This document shows, one piece after another, positions 25,399-39,379 of a stretch of DNA of 64,000 nucleotides. The notes under the pieces were generated by a model. It was not told the origin of the DNA, made no database searches, and saw nothing but the letters and a program-made list of their open reading frames with translations. The position numbers and the translations under genes were made by a program. Within the stretch, counting starts at the first letter, position 1. Each line of letters starts with the position of its first letter. This stretch comes from Octopus sinensis (lineage: Eukaryota), in the NCBI RefSeq assembly GCF_006345805.1, contig NC_043001.1:33480001-33544000 (forward strand), written 5' to 3'.

Positions 25399-25621
25399 TA
25401 TAAGATGATGATGATGATATATATATATACATGTATATGTGTGTGTATATATATATATATGTATAGGATCGTTTTGTAGGAATACATAAATCCGAAGGTG
25501 AAGCACATTCTAAGATGTAGAGGTCTTAGGACAGCAGTGTTTGGGGTTTGAAGATACGCTGTAAGTCTAAACCCCTTATGAGCAAGAAACCTAGAGTAAC
25601 TCCATAAACTAGCCTACCCCA

Positions 25622-25652
<31 letters not shown>

Positions 25653-26093
25653 TGTATGTACGTATGTATGTATTATGTGTATGTATATATACACACATAT
25701 ACATAAATATATATATTCAGCCCATGCCAGCATGGAAAGGGGACATTAAAAGATGATAATGATGATGATATATACATATATGTATACGTGTGTGTGAGTG
25801 TGTGTGTCTGTATGCGTGTGCATGCGCGTGAGTTTATTTAATGTCTATTTTTGTAAGCCACCATTGGTAGGATGGAAACTTACTTGAAGCAGAACTTTAC
25901 AGCCGCATTTCCTTCCTTTCAGCAAACCTTACCAGTTTTTCAAGTATAAGATGTTTTTTTTTTTATTATGCTGCAATGGTCTTAGAATAAAATGAATGCT
26001 GGGCAACCAGTCTGTAATGTTTAACAAGGCTTGTAAACATCATATCACCCTGTCTATCAGACTGTGACAAGTAAAGCTACAGAATATTGACAT

Positions 26094-26470
26094 TCACACA
26101 CACACACACACTCACACACACACACACACATACACATGCACACACACACACACACACACTCACACACACACATGCACACACACACTCACACTCACACACA
26201 CACATAGACACACACTCACACTCACACACACACACACACTCACGCACACACACACACTCACACTCACACACACACACACACACACTCACACACACACTCA
26301 CCACACACACACATGCACACACACACTCACACTCACACACACACATAGACACACACTCACACTCACACACACACACACACTCACGCACACACACACACTC
26401 ACACTCACACACACACACACACACTCACACACACACTCACACACACACACACATACACACACACACATAC
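26094..26470. repeat. Cryptic (CA)n tract with a ~141-bp higher-order duplication
   Basis: Rare interruptions (catgcac, tagac, tcacgcac) recur in the same order; tagac at 26205 and 26346. Confidence 0.85.
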
Positions 26471-26642
26471 ACACATGCATACATATATATGATGACCATC
26501 ATGGTTTTTCTCTTACCCTTTTTCACCATTTTATCAGATACTTGTTATTCTTGTTGGCATTGATACAAATACCAATTCTGTCTGTATGTGTACTTTGTGC
26601 AATTGTTATTAGGAACCATGTGAAAATGTCTAATACATCATA

Positions 26643-27025
26643 GTGGAGACGCAATGGCCCAGTGGTTAGGGCAGCGGACTCGCGGTCGTAGGATCGCGGT
26701 TTCGATTCCCAGACCGGGCGTTGCGAGTGTTTATTGAGCGAAAACACCTAAAGCTCCACGAGGCTCCGGCAGGGATGGTGGTGATCCCTGCTGTACTCTT
26801 TCACCACATCTTTCTCTCACTCTTACTTCCTGTTTCTGTTGTACCTGTATTTCAAAGGGCTGGCCTTGTCACTCTCTGTGTCACGCTGAATATCCCCGAG
26901 AACTACGTTAAGGGTACACGTGTCTGTGGAGTGCTCAGTCACTTGCACGTTAATTTCACGAGCAGGCTGTTCCGTTGATCGGATCAACCGGAACCCTCGT
27001 CGTCGTAACCGACGGAGTGCTTCCA
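26643..27025 (+). mobile_element. tRNA-derived SINE family S (young)
   Basis: A box tggcccagtgg, B box ggtttcgattcc, CpG-rich; second copy at 50413-50800. Confidence 0.9.
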
Positions 27026-27437
27026 CACAGTACAATCCTTCTTCATCTATTCTCTATTATCCTAACCTAACACATTTCCAAAATGTTTAACCTATAGTTT
27101 TACTGTTATACAAGCCTAAAATACAGCTGAGAACAGCCAATAGCTGTTAGAAATTCTATCATTATCTATGAGTAGACCAGTTTGCCAACGTAACTTATAT
27201 AGCTGGAGAGCATAAAACTATATTTTTGTGTCATCCATTTTTCCAGAATCATAACCCATGATGTAGCTGTCACACATTCTCATTTCAAGTTATGTGTGTG
27301 CACGTGTGTGTATGTGTGTGTGTGCATGCGTGCATGAGAGTATGTGCATATGTGTGTGTGTGTGTATATATATATTTATGTATATATATATATATATATA
27401 TATATGTACATGTATAAACATATATATGTATGTATAT

Positions 27438-27745
27438 ATCATCATCATCATCATCGTTTAACGTCTGCTTTCCATGCTAGCATGGGTAGGACGATTTGAC
27501 TGAGGTCTGGTGAACCGGATGGCTGCACCAGGCTCCAATCTTGATCTGGCAGGGTTTCTACAGCTGGATGCCCTTCATAACGCCAACCACTCCGAGAGTG
27601 TAGTGGGTGCTTTTATGTGCCACTGGCACGAGGGCCAGTCTGGCAGTACGGGTAACAACCACGCTCGAAATGGTGTTTTTTACGTGCCACCTGCACAGGA
27701 GCCAATCCAGCAGCACTGGCAACGACCTCGCTCGAATGTTTTTCA
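27438..27745 (-). mobile_element. SINE family R
   Basis: Standard tail and body; abuts and clips the left TIR of the following mariner. Confidence 0.85.
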
Positions 27746-27746
27746 T

Positions 27747-29040
27747 CATCCCATAAATAATGCAGTTTTTTTCAATTGCATGAACTAAAAGTTGGAGGGG
27801 GATGGGATAAACTACCTGCATCAACTTGCTATAAAAGTAGGTAGTAATTTTACTTTGGTCTTATTCTTAGTGCAAATTTTGAAGAGTGTAGTTTGATTTT
27901 AACAGTTATTTTTTCAAAGCTATAATGGAAGTGACAAAGGAGCATATTTGGCATATTTTGCTTTTTATGAGTTCAACAGGAAGTGCAAGGGATATTAAAT
28001 CAGTATATGGAAATCAGACAATAAACATATGCTAGTGTCAATGGTGATTCCAGAAATTCTGAGCTGGAATCTACAGCCTTGAAGACAATCCTCATCCTGG
28101 AAGATCTGCAAAACTCAATGAGGATGACCTGCAAACCCTGGTGGAATAAAATCTCATTGTAACTGTTGGGCAACTAGCAGAGAAGCTTAAATTTGGTCAT
28201 TCAACCATTAATTGATACCTGCATGCCATTGGAAAAGTCAGTAAATTGAGTCAATGAGTTCCTCACAAACTTTCCAAGTCTAATCGCATGCAAAGAGTGA
28301 ATGTGTGCTCTTTTTTTGCTGTCACTTCTCACAAATGAACATTTTGGGGCAAAAAAGTGACTAGTGACAAGAAATGAGTTCTCTATAAAAATGTCAGGCA
28401 GCATAGACAGTGGGTAGGGGAAGGAGAAACACCTTTCCCCTACCCACTGGTAGGCGGCGAGCTGGCAGAAACGTTAGCATGCCAGGCGAAATACTTAGTG
28501 GTATTTCGTCTGCCATTACGTTCTGAGTTCAAATTCCACCGAGGTTGACTTTGCCTTTCATCCTTTCGGGGTCGATAAATTAAGTACCAGTTACATGTTG
28601 GGTGTCGATGTAATCGACTTAATCTGTTTGTCTGTCCTTGTTTGTCCCCTCTGTGTTTAGCCCCTTGTGGGTAGTAAAGAAATAGGTATTTCATCTGCTG
28701 TTACATTCTGAGTTCAAATTCCGCCGAGGTCTACTATGCCTTTCACCTTTTGGAGTCGATAAATTAAGTACCAGTTATGCACTGGGGTCGATGTAATTGA
28801 CTTAATCCATTTTTCTGTCCTTGTTTGTCCCCTCTACATTTAGCCCCTTGTGGGCAATAAAGAAATAAGGGAAAGGTGAAACACCAGCACCCTAGGCTAA
28901 AGAAGGTCTTCACCCACATAAGGTATTGTTATCTGTTTGGTAGGATATGAAAGGTTTAGACCACTGAACTTCTAAACCCAAACCAAAGGATAACAAAGAA
29001 GAATTTCTTAAAAATGATACAGCCATCTCCATACCCACAG

Positions 29041-29081
<41 letters not shown>

Positions 29082-29750
29082 GTCATCATTTAACGCCCAT
29101 TTTCCATGCTGGCATGCATGGAACAGTTTCACAGGAACTGGCTAGCCAGAGGATTGTACCAAGCAATCCTACCAACTTTGGCATTGTTTCTGTATCTGTA
29201 TACCCTTCTTAACATCAAACACCATGTAAAATGAAAATGATAACAACAATAACAATCATATTAATAATAATTTCAAATTTTGGCACAAGGCCAGCAAATA
29301 CGTCAGCGCTAGAAGAAAAATGACCATCTTTGGTCTCAAGACGAAAGCTGTTCTTCCATCAGGATAATGCTCAGCCACATACAGAGAGGATGACATTCCA
29401 AAGTCTGGAGCAGTTTGAATGGGAAAGAATGCCCTACCCACCATATTCGCCAGACATTGCCCTATCTGGTTATCATTTATTGTGCATTCCTCAAAATCAT
29501 TTGGATAGAAAAAATAAGAATTCTATCAGAATTCATATTTCTGATAAGGTCAGAACAGTACTGGAGGAGAATTTTTCATCACAGACAAGTGAATTTTGGA
29601 AGAGGATCCTTGCAAGTCTAGAAGATAGATGGAAGAGCATTGTAGAAAATAAAGGAGAGTATATTTTTGATTAAAAAAAAATTTTGTTTATCTTAATTTT
29701 GAAAAATAAAAGAAATATAAAAAAAATACATTATTTATGAGATGTCCCAA
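27747..29750 (+). mobile_element. Decayed mariner transposon interrupted by SINEs
   Basis: TIR catcccataaataatg vs cattatttatgagatgtccc; MEVTKEHI..., LHPHKVLLSVW, HQDNAQPH, YPPYSPDIA motifs with stops and frameshifts. Confidence 0.9.
28450..28868 (+). mobile_element. SINE family Q dimer inserted in the mariner
   Basis: Flanked by 17-bp repeats, 15/17 identical, at 28417-28433 and 28869-28885. Confidence 0.85.
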
Positions 29751-29823
29751 TATATATATATATATTATATATATATATATATATATACTATATATATATA
29801 TATAATATATATATATATCCATA

Positions 29824-29975
29824 ATCTACCAACATGCCAAAGACCAACATGGAGGCACACTAGGTCAACTTGACATCTGCATTTTATCCAAGTACCCAAA
29901 GGATCCAACACTCAGACAAATACAGGAGTATGTCTTCATAAATGAAACATCCCTGTACTAAATAAGAGATACATG
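29824..29975 (+). mobile_element. PLE endonuclease 3' fragment
   Basis: Reads QHAKDQHGG...PKDPTLRQIQEY.INE; homologous to 38455-38580. Confidence 0.8.
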
Positions 29976-30230
29976 TAGAAAGTAGTGATACTCCATTACA
30001 CTCAAGGGGACAGAGGTACACACACAAATACACACACACACACACACACAAACACACAAACATGTACACATGAACACATAGATATGCAGAATACATACAT
30101 ACAAATGTACATACACACATATATATATGCATATAGTGAGAATTTACACAAAAAAAAGAAACAAAAGATGACGACAGGTGTGTAAACAACAAACAGATGT
30201 ATTAGTTTAATGCTTGGGAAGTGAGAAAGT

Positions 30231-30266
30231 CTTTTACATTTCGAGTCTTTGCTCTTTGACAGAAAG
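30231..30266 (-). ncRNA. Degenerate hammerhead-like motif in a PLE-type terminus
   Basis: CTTT-CTGTCAA-A-GAGC(aaag)ACTC-GAAAT-GTA-AAAG; several core mutations. Confidence 0.4.
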
Positions 30267-30619
30267 GAACACAGAAATCAAGAGGGAGAGAAAATAGAAA
30301 AAGGTTTAGTGGCTAGTGATCTATCATAGCATATACACACATGCATGCATACATACATGTGTATACACATGCACACACATGCACACAAACAAACAAAAAG
30401 AACACCACTCCGATAACGGGCAGAGTCAATAACTATTGAAGAGGTTGCAAGAAGCAAAGAAAATTTTCGGAAAAAAAGGTAAATGAGTGGAAATTGAACC
30501 AGTGAGTGCATTAATTAATAAGGCATTAAAACAGAATGTGTATATGTACATATGTATGCATGTAAGTGTGTGTGTGTGTGTGTTTACATATATATGCATG
30601 TATGTATGCATGCATGGTA

Positions 30620-30800
30620 TACACATACTATGAAAAGGTCTTGCAAAATAACAAAACAACCATACTGCAGGATATACCAATCCTCACAGACTGGGAAATC
30701 AGGACTAATCAACAGGATATTATAATGAAGGATCCAAGGGAAGGAAGTGTCTCCTAATCACAATATTAGTAACGACAGATGAGAATACACTTTAAAAAGA
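30620..30800 (+). mobile_element. R4/Dong-like LINE fragment
   Basis: EKVLQNNKTTILQDIPILTDWEIRTNQQDIIMKD resembles the motif ILWDxxIxTDxxIxxNRPDI. Confidence 0.65.
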
Positions 30801-31167
30801 AATAAAGAAGTTTTCCAGATATACAAATGTGAAAATAGAATGTGGAGATTGGAAACAGAAAGAATTATTATAAAGTAGATGTCTTTGAAATGCTTGGTAA
30901 AAACACATACAAATTCATTACCAAAATCATTGGACTTGATTTATACACATGTAGGAAGTAACACTATAAGGGCTGAACATTCTCATTATAATAGGAAAAA
31001 CGAATCTAAAGCAAAAGTACTGCATTTATCTATGGGGCACAAAACTGCATTCAATTGTGGAGTTGAAGCCCACAGACCCATATATATTCACACGCTAAAA
31101 AAATATAACACATCTGAAAAATAATAAGAGTATGAAGAGAGAGAGACAGACAGAAAGTGACAGAGAC

Positions 31168-31211
<44 letters not shown>

Positions 31212-31444
31212 GTGATTATACAAACATCGGTACTTGAACAATACTTACCCCAGAATCTAGGCAGCATTTGAATTCAGAGTGTGAAAGAATGTTACTAAAC
31301 AATACAGAGCTTTTAAGTCCAATGGTCTACTGAGTCTACTAACCAACAACGATATTTTCTTAATTACCTCATGGACAAATAAAGTGAAACATTACTTTTG
31401 GAACAATATACTATGAAACTAAACAAAGTATGATACATGTGTGT

Positions 31445-31940
<496 letters not shown>

Positions 31941-32617
31941 TAGATCTATGTATTACACCAGTCCACTCAGTTAAAAATGAATTCCGGTAACATCTAGAAG
32001 TGTCAAGTTTGTGCCTGATTGGCATCTGAGGCAGGATGGAAAGGAGTCTTGTATTCTAAGTCAATGAAATTCCACAGACACCATGGTAACCTCCAGCCCA
32101 ATAAATAAGCCTATAAGCTTAAATTAACCTTTAACTTACATACAATACATATATATCTGTGTTTGTGCAAACTTGTATCAGTGATTGTTATTAAATAAAT
32201 GAATAAATAGAAAATCCTTAAAAATATATCTTTAGCTCAAAACACTCGAAAAATCTCAAAACAATCCCTTACTCATAATACAAGGAAATAAGGTCCGCTT
32301 CCGCTCTTGCCTTGTGATGAAACTGATAAGTATTGACGAACCAACCAAGGGGCTACTACATAATTACTTGACATGCTAGAAATAGCAGTCATATATTTCA
32401 AATCACATGTTAGACTTTTAGATAAGGAAAAGAAACATTAGATAATTCAGACTTATATTCTGATAAATAGGCTGGATGGTCACAGCCGGCGTGAATTTGC
32501 TCATAAGTCAACTAAATCAGGATTAGCCCGAGGCAGAATCATTACAACCCTTACAAGCTGTGCATTGTCATTCATCTTACATTAAATATTTGCTGTATTA
32601 TGTATTGGTTAACTTAC

Positions 32618-32685
32618 TTGCTTTGAAATACTCCTTCAACCTCTTCTGACCTACTCTATATTGAGCCGAACTGAACTAAACCAGG
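32618..32685 (-). other. Candidate exon with strong splice signals
   Basis: tttttttgtttttgtctacacag acceptor and GTAAGT donor; closed in all frames from the first AG, open as FSSAQYRVGQKRLKEYFKA from the second AG. Confidence 0.35.
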
Positions 32686-32835
32686 CTGTGTAGACAAAAA
32701 CAAAAAAATGATGCTTTGTCTTTGAAAATCTCCAATATAACTATTGCATTTTATTTTTGCCTTTCGTCTCCCTTTTTATAATCTTTTGTTTTGTAAACAA
32801 CTGAAGTTAGTAAATCAATTTCATCGTCATCAATT

Positions 32836-32914
32836 TATAATAATATAATAATAATAATAATAATAATAAAATAATAATAATAATAATAATAATAGTAATA
32901 ATAATAATAGTAAT

Positions 32915-32967
<53 letters not shown>
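32836..32967. repeat. (TAA)n microsatellite
   Basis: Direct observation. Confidence 0.95.
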
Positions 32968-32968
<1 letters not shown>

Positions 32969-33340
32969 CAATGTAAAGTTTTAACAATGATCAGCTGCTC
33001 AAATGTGGGTATATGTGGCCTGCAGTTGATATGCATATAAGTATGTGTATGTTTGTGTGTGTGTGTGTGCGTGCGTGTTTTTGTGTGTTTGTGTGTGTGT
33101 GTGTGCGTGTGTGTACGTGCACTTACATACACAGACACACATATATACATATGTATCTGTTTATATTCTGTATTCTGTTTGTATACATATAGAAATGTAT
33201 GTATATAAACAAATAGATAGATAAATAGACAGACAACAGACAGACAGAGAGGCAGGCTGGCAGACAAGCAGGCAGATACATACATCCATACATACATACA
33301 TACATACATACATACATACATACATACATACATACATACA

Positions 33341-33371
<31 letters not shown>

Positions 33372-33555
33372 GTGTCTCTAATATAAACAAAAGAAAAAAA
33401 CTGGATCACCTTTAGGAAAGATTTACCACTTCCTGGTCAAAAATTGAAATCATGTTTCATCTGGGTGGAGTAAAGATGCTTTTAGTATTTCTTGATACAA
33501 TGTCTGCTAAGGAAGAATAAAAATAATAATATAAAAACATATGACCAGTGGAAAT

Positions 33556-33589
<34 letters not shown>

Positions 33590-33595
<6 letters not shown>

Positions 33596-34139
33596 TAGAT
33601 AAACTTAGATATGTTTCGACCAAAGATTGGTCCAGGCCGTGTCTAACTTAATAGCACCACCTGATAGGATTATCTGAATCCTGTTTAAGTCAAGTTTTGT
33701 TTATGGTCCATTCAAGTAGTGAGTTTTTGTTGGTTGAGTTGTATTCAATTATGGGTGGCTTATCTGGTATTCCTTGAAGGAATCTATCCAGACTCCGTTT
33801 AAAGTTGATGGGATCCTTTTCCTCTTTGATCTCGTTTGGGTCAATGTTAAATAGGGCAGAGCCTGTTGAGGAAAAGAAATTATGTTGCAGTGTACATGTA
33901 TGCTGTGATCTTGAATTGGGCAGGAGACGTATGGCCCATGGTCCCAATAATCGAGAGCAGCCATGCCTTCAATTTGTTTAGTGAGTGCTTTCTGGGGTGA
34001 TTCAATTCTCAAGGCATTTTGTCTTGTATGGGGAGACCACAGTGGGCAGCAGTATTTGAGGTGTGGTTGTACAAAGGAGGAGAAAAGTGGTATGATGACA
34101 CCTTGTTCTCTGGACTGGAAAGATCTTAAGATCCAGGAA

Positions 34140-34140
<1 letters not shown>
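33590..34140 (-). mobile_element. CR1/L2-clade LINE 3' end with intact tail
   Basis: WILRSFQSRE...LFSSFVQPHLKYCCPLWSP...QKALTKQIEGMAALDYW; tail ends in (atctaagttt)2. Confidence 0.85.
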
Positions 34141-35700
<1,560 letters not shown>

Positions 35701-36363
35701 GAGAGACAAAGACAGAAAAAAGGAAAGAAAGAAAGAAAGAAAGAACAAAAGAACGAAGCAAAAACCAAAGTCCCAGTCTGAGAGGAGCTCGAGCCAAAGT
35801 GACTGAGGAGGGTTTAATCTGATGGGATGGTGTTGGCAGTCTACTTGACCCGTTATCTATTGTTTTCCACTTGGATTTGATTTTTGGACTTTGAGGTTTG
35901 ATAAGATATCTATTGATTGTATGATTTCCAAATTTTTGGTCTGTCTCTCTATTTGTCTATCTATCTACATTTTTCTTTCTATCTTTATTTTTATCTTTCA
36001 ATCTATTTATCTCTCTATCTATGATTTGTGTATGTGTATACATACACACACACACAAGCATATATATATATATATGTATATGTATATGTATATAGATACA
36101 TACATACATACATATATATTATATATATATATATATATGCTAATATAAAACAGTGAGAATGAGTGCTCAATGCTGCAATTGGTGGATAAATTTTCTTTAT
36201 CAAGCCTACGACATACGCGTGCATGTAAGTAGCTGTGGTAGGTTTGGATAGTATTTTCATTCAATATGTTGATGTGTAGCAATGTCCCACACAGCAGGCT
36301 TGGTAATTGCTAAGAATTCTTTGCATGAAATGAATGGTAGTCTTGTTAACCAACAAATAAAGA

Positions 36364-36399
<36 letters not shown>

Positions 36400-36499
36400 C
36401 AATAATAATATAGGGGGAAATTAATTAATTTGGAATAATCATCAATTTCACCAAGTAGATTTCGGCATGTAAAAGCCCCATTCAAGGAAGGTTTAAGTA

Positions 36500-36739
36500 A
36501 TACTAAGTAATTAAGGGTTTAGCAACGATTTGCCTCACCACACACCCCGAATTTAGAAATAGCAGTCAAAAGAGTTTTGGCTATTCTTTCTACTTAAAGG
36601 GAGATCCCAGTAAAACCATAGCACTTTTACTGGGATCTCCCTTTTAAGTAGAAAGAATAGCCAAAACTCTTTTGACTGCTATTTCTAAATTCGGTGTGTG
36701 GTGAGGCAAATCGTTGCTAAACCCTTAATTACTTAGTAT
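36500..36739. repeat. Near-perfect inverted repeat, 116/115-bp arms, 9-nt loop
   Basis: No substitutions between arms, only a 2-nt and a 1-nt homopolymer indel. Confidence 0.95.
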
Positions 36740-36760
36740 ATATATATATATATATATAAT

Positions 36761-36908
36761 AGTAGATAAATGGTACAACAAGGCCCCAATATTTACTGGA
36801 AAATAGCAATCGATATAAATACGACGCTATTGTATACAATAGTGTCGTATTTATATCGATTGCTATATTCCAGTAAATATTGGTGCCTTGTTGTACCACT
36901 TATCTACT
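36761..36908. repeat. Loopless palindrome, 74-bp arms
   Basis: Centre ttgta|tacaa at 36834/36835; 4 mismatched pairs. Confidence 0.95.
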
Positions 36909-36972
36909 TTTATATGTATAATTTTACCTTTATGGGGCTATCTTTTACTGGAAAGTAATACATTTGTATTGC

Positions 36973-37004
<32 letters not shown>

Positions 37005-37014
<10 letters not shown>

Positions 37015-37843
37015 TGAGTGTACTACTATTCGTAGATACCAACACGCTAAGAGGGACCAATGTGGTCAAAACTACTAAAAATAAACAAAATTTTACCGAA
37101 TGCAAAATTTCAAAACACATCATTTTAAAAAAAGAATTCAGTTACATATCACATGTGATTTCGCATTTAATGCAGAATATGCATTTCATGTTCATCAGTG
37201 CAACAAACTCAAGAAATATAAGAGAAAAACATAACATTACAAGCTCGATAGCCAACCGTAGAATTCGTCGTAGCATGTACGAATGTTTATCTTTACATAT
37301 CTATGAAAATGGCGGGCTTATTTGCAATGCATTTCGGTAACAAATTGTCTAGTCGGAATAAAAATTCAGTATTGAACTATTCCGGTGAAAAATATAAATT
37401 AACAATTTGCTTCCTAGCTACATGGTTTCGGGTTCAGTCCCACTGCGTGGCACTTTGGGTAGGTGTCTTTCACTATAGCCCCGAGCTCACCGGAGCTTTG
37501 ATTGAATTCGGTAGGTGGAAGTTACTGCCGTGTGTGTATATGTGCGTGTAGGTGCTTGTGCCTCTCCGAAAGAGAGAGAGAGAATTGAGGATAAAATCTT
37601 TAAAAGAAATTATCATAGTCAGCGTGAAAAACCTCGTAAGAGAAAAAATCCGTAAATTCTTCCTCTTTGAAAATATTCATTTATATTATATTGAGGGTAC
37701 TACTATTCGTAGATACCAACACGCTAAGAGGGACCAATGCGGTCAAAACTACTAAAAATAAACAAAATTTTACCGAATGCAAAACTTCAAAACACATCAT
37801 TTTAAAAAAAGAATTCAGTTACATATCACATGTGATTTCGCAT
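37005..37843. repeat. ~160-bp direct repeat bracketing a ~515-bp segment
   Basis: attatattgag(t/g)gtactactattcg...gtgatttcgcat at ~37005-37166 and ~37682-37843; 3 substitutions seen. Confidence 0.9.
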
Positions 37844-37984
37844 ATTCTTTATGTGAGTTCGTGTGTTGAAGCATATTCTGTTGTGTCTGGGGAAAGTCAT
37901 TCTCTTTTGGTGCCTTGTAGTTTAACACACTCACTGATAAAATTTCCACTTATTTCCTTTTTAATTTTTATTTTTCTAGATAAC

Positions 37985-38605
37985 ATTATACACAATGATA
38001 CCAGTAGTACCTACCCTAGATATAGAAACAAAGACTGGAATAGGATACAAAGAACTTGTGACAAAGCAAACAGCACAAACACGTGCTATAAAACCAACAA
38101 ATATCAAGGAGTGATGTTTGTAGAGTCCACAGCCCATGGAAAACTAGCCCATAGATTTAGGAAAGCTCTGAAGGAGACTCCATCAGATCACAAACTCCAG
38201 GGAACTCCGTTAGATTACAACTATGTAGAACATACCCCTTTGAGAATACCATATGCACCAATGATAACTGCATGGTATGTAGGATTAGCCCTGTCATTAA
38301 CTGTAGAACTAGAAATGTAGTCTACAGCATAAGATGCATAGAAGGTACTTGTAAGGACATGAACATGACATACATAGGGGAGATATCTAGGAGCATTGCA
38401 GGACAACTAAATGAACATTTGAGACAATATGACGACAAAAACAGTCCTCCATACTCTGCCAACATGCCAAGGACCAACATGGAGGTAACCTGGGTCAACA
38501 TCCGCATCTTATCCAAGCACCCAAAGGACCCAACACTCAGACAAATACAGGAGTACAGTCTCATAAATGAAACTTCCCCAGAACAAAAGAGGAAATATAT
38601 ATAGT
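37985..38605 (+). mobile_element. Penelope-like element C-terminal remnant (GIY-YIG)
   Basis: VMFVESTAHGKLAHRFRKALKE; CMVC...NCRTRNVVYSIRC...YIGEISRS...LNEHLR; frameshifted. Confidence 0.85.
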
Positions 38606-38722
38606 AGATATCATACCCCCATCCCCACAGCTTACACAGGTAGAGTAGGATAGTTAGTGGGCTGTTATGTAGATAGCTGTATGTATTTATGTGTGTGTGT
38701 ATGCATGTGTGTATATATATAT

Positions 38723-38771
<49 letters not shown>

Positions 38772-38951
38772 AAATAAGAAAATGCAGAAATATATCTAAA
38801 TCATTCATCAACTATCAGATAATACCGAATCATATACTTTATTAAAACACTACACAAGAACATTAAGATTAGACATTAATACAGTACAATAATTACAATC
38901 AATATAATGAGATATAACTAAATAAAATAACAAGATATAAAAATACATATA

Positions 38952-39079
38952 CATTATAACTGACAGCTGTTTCGGCCATGCAGATAGGTATGTCTCATTT
39001 AACCTTTATTAGCCATATATTGCAGGTATAAATGAGACATTAACAAAAATATCTTACGGCCTCTTCGGAGATTCTAATG
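38952..39079 (-). ncRNA. Type I hammerhead-like motif with extended loop II
   Basis: CCGAAGA-GGCC(~80 nt)GGCC-GAA-ACAGCTGT-C: palindromic stem III and GUC triplet; U4C core variant; imperfect stem I. Confidence 0.6.
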
Positions 39080-39379
39080 TAAGTATGAGTACATACCCAA
39101 AAATCATTTACATATAAATATAAATATGAGTGCATATATACTCATATCCTTATATATATACACATATACACATACATAATAATATAAATAATATAAATCA
39201 ATACATATCAATAAACATAATAATGTTCTATATTGAATGTTACAGTTCCTCAACCAATATTAAGAAATTACAACAGATATATTCATACTTTGTTATTGAT
39301 AACAGTATTGGTATTAGCATTATTGACTTTTTGTAAAGTAACACAAATTAATATAATGAACTGTTTACTATATATGTCT

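Noticed and set aside
26643-26715. tRNA gene
   Set aside because: It continues into a SINE body present in a second copy, and no acceptor stem closes.
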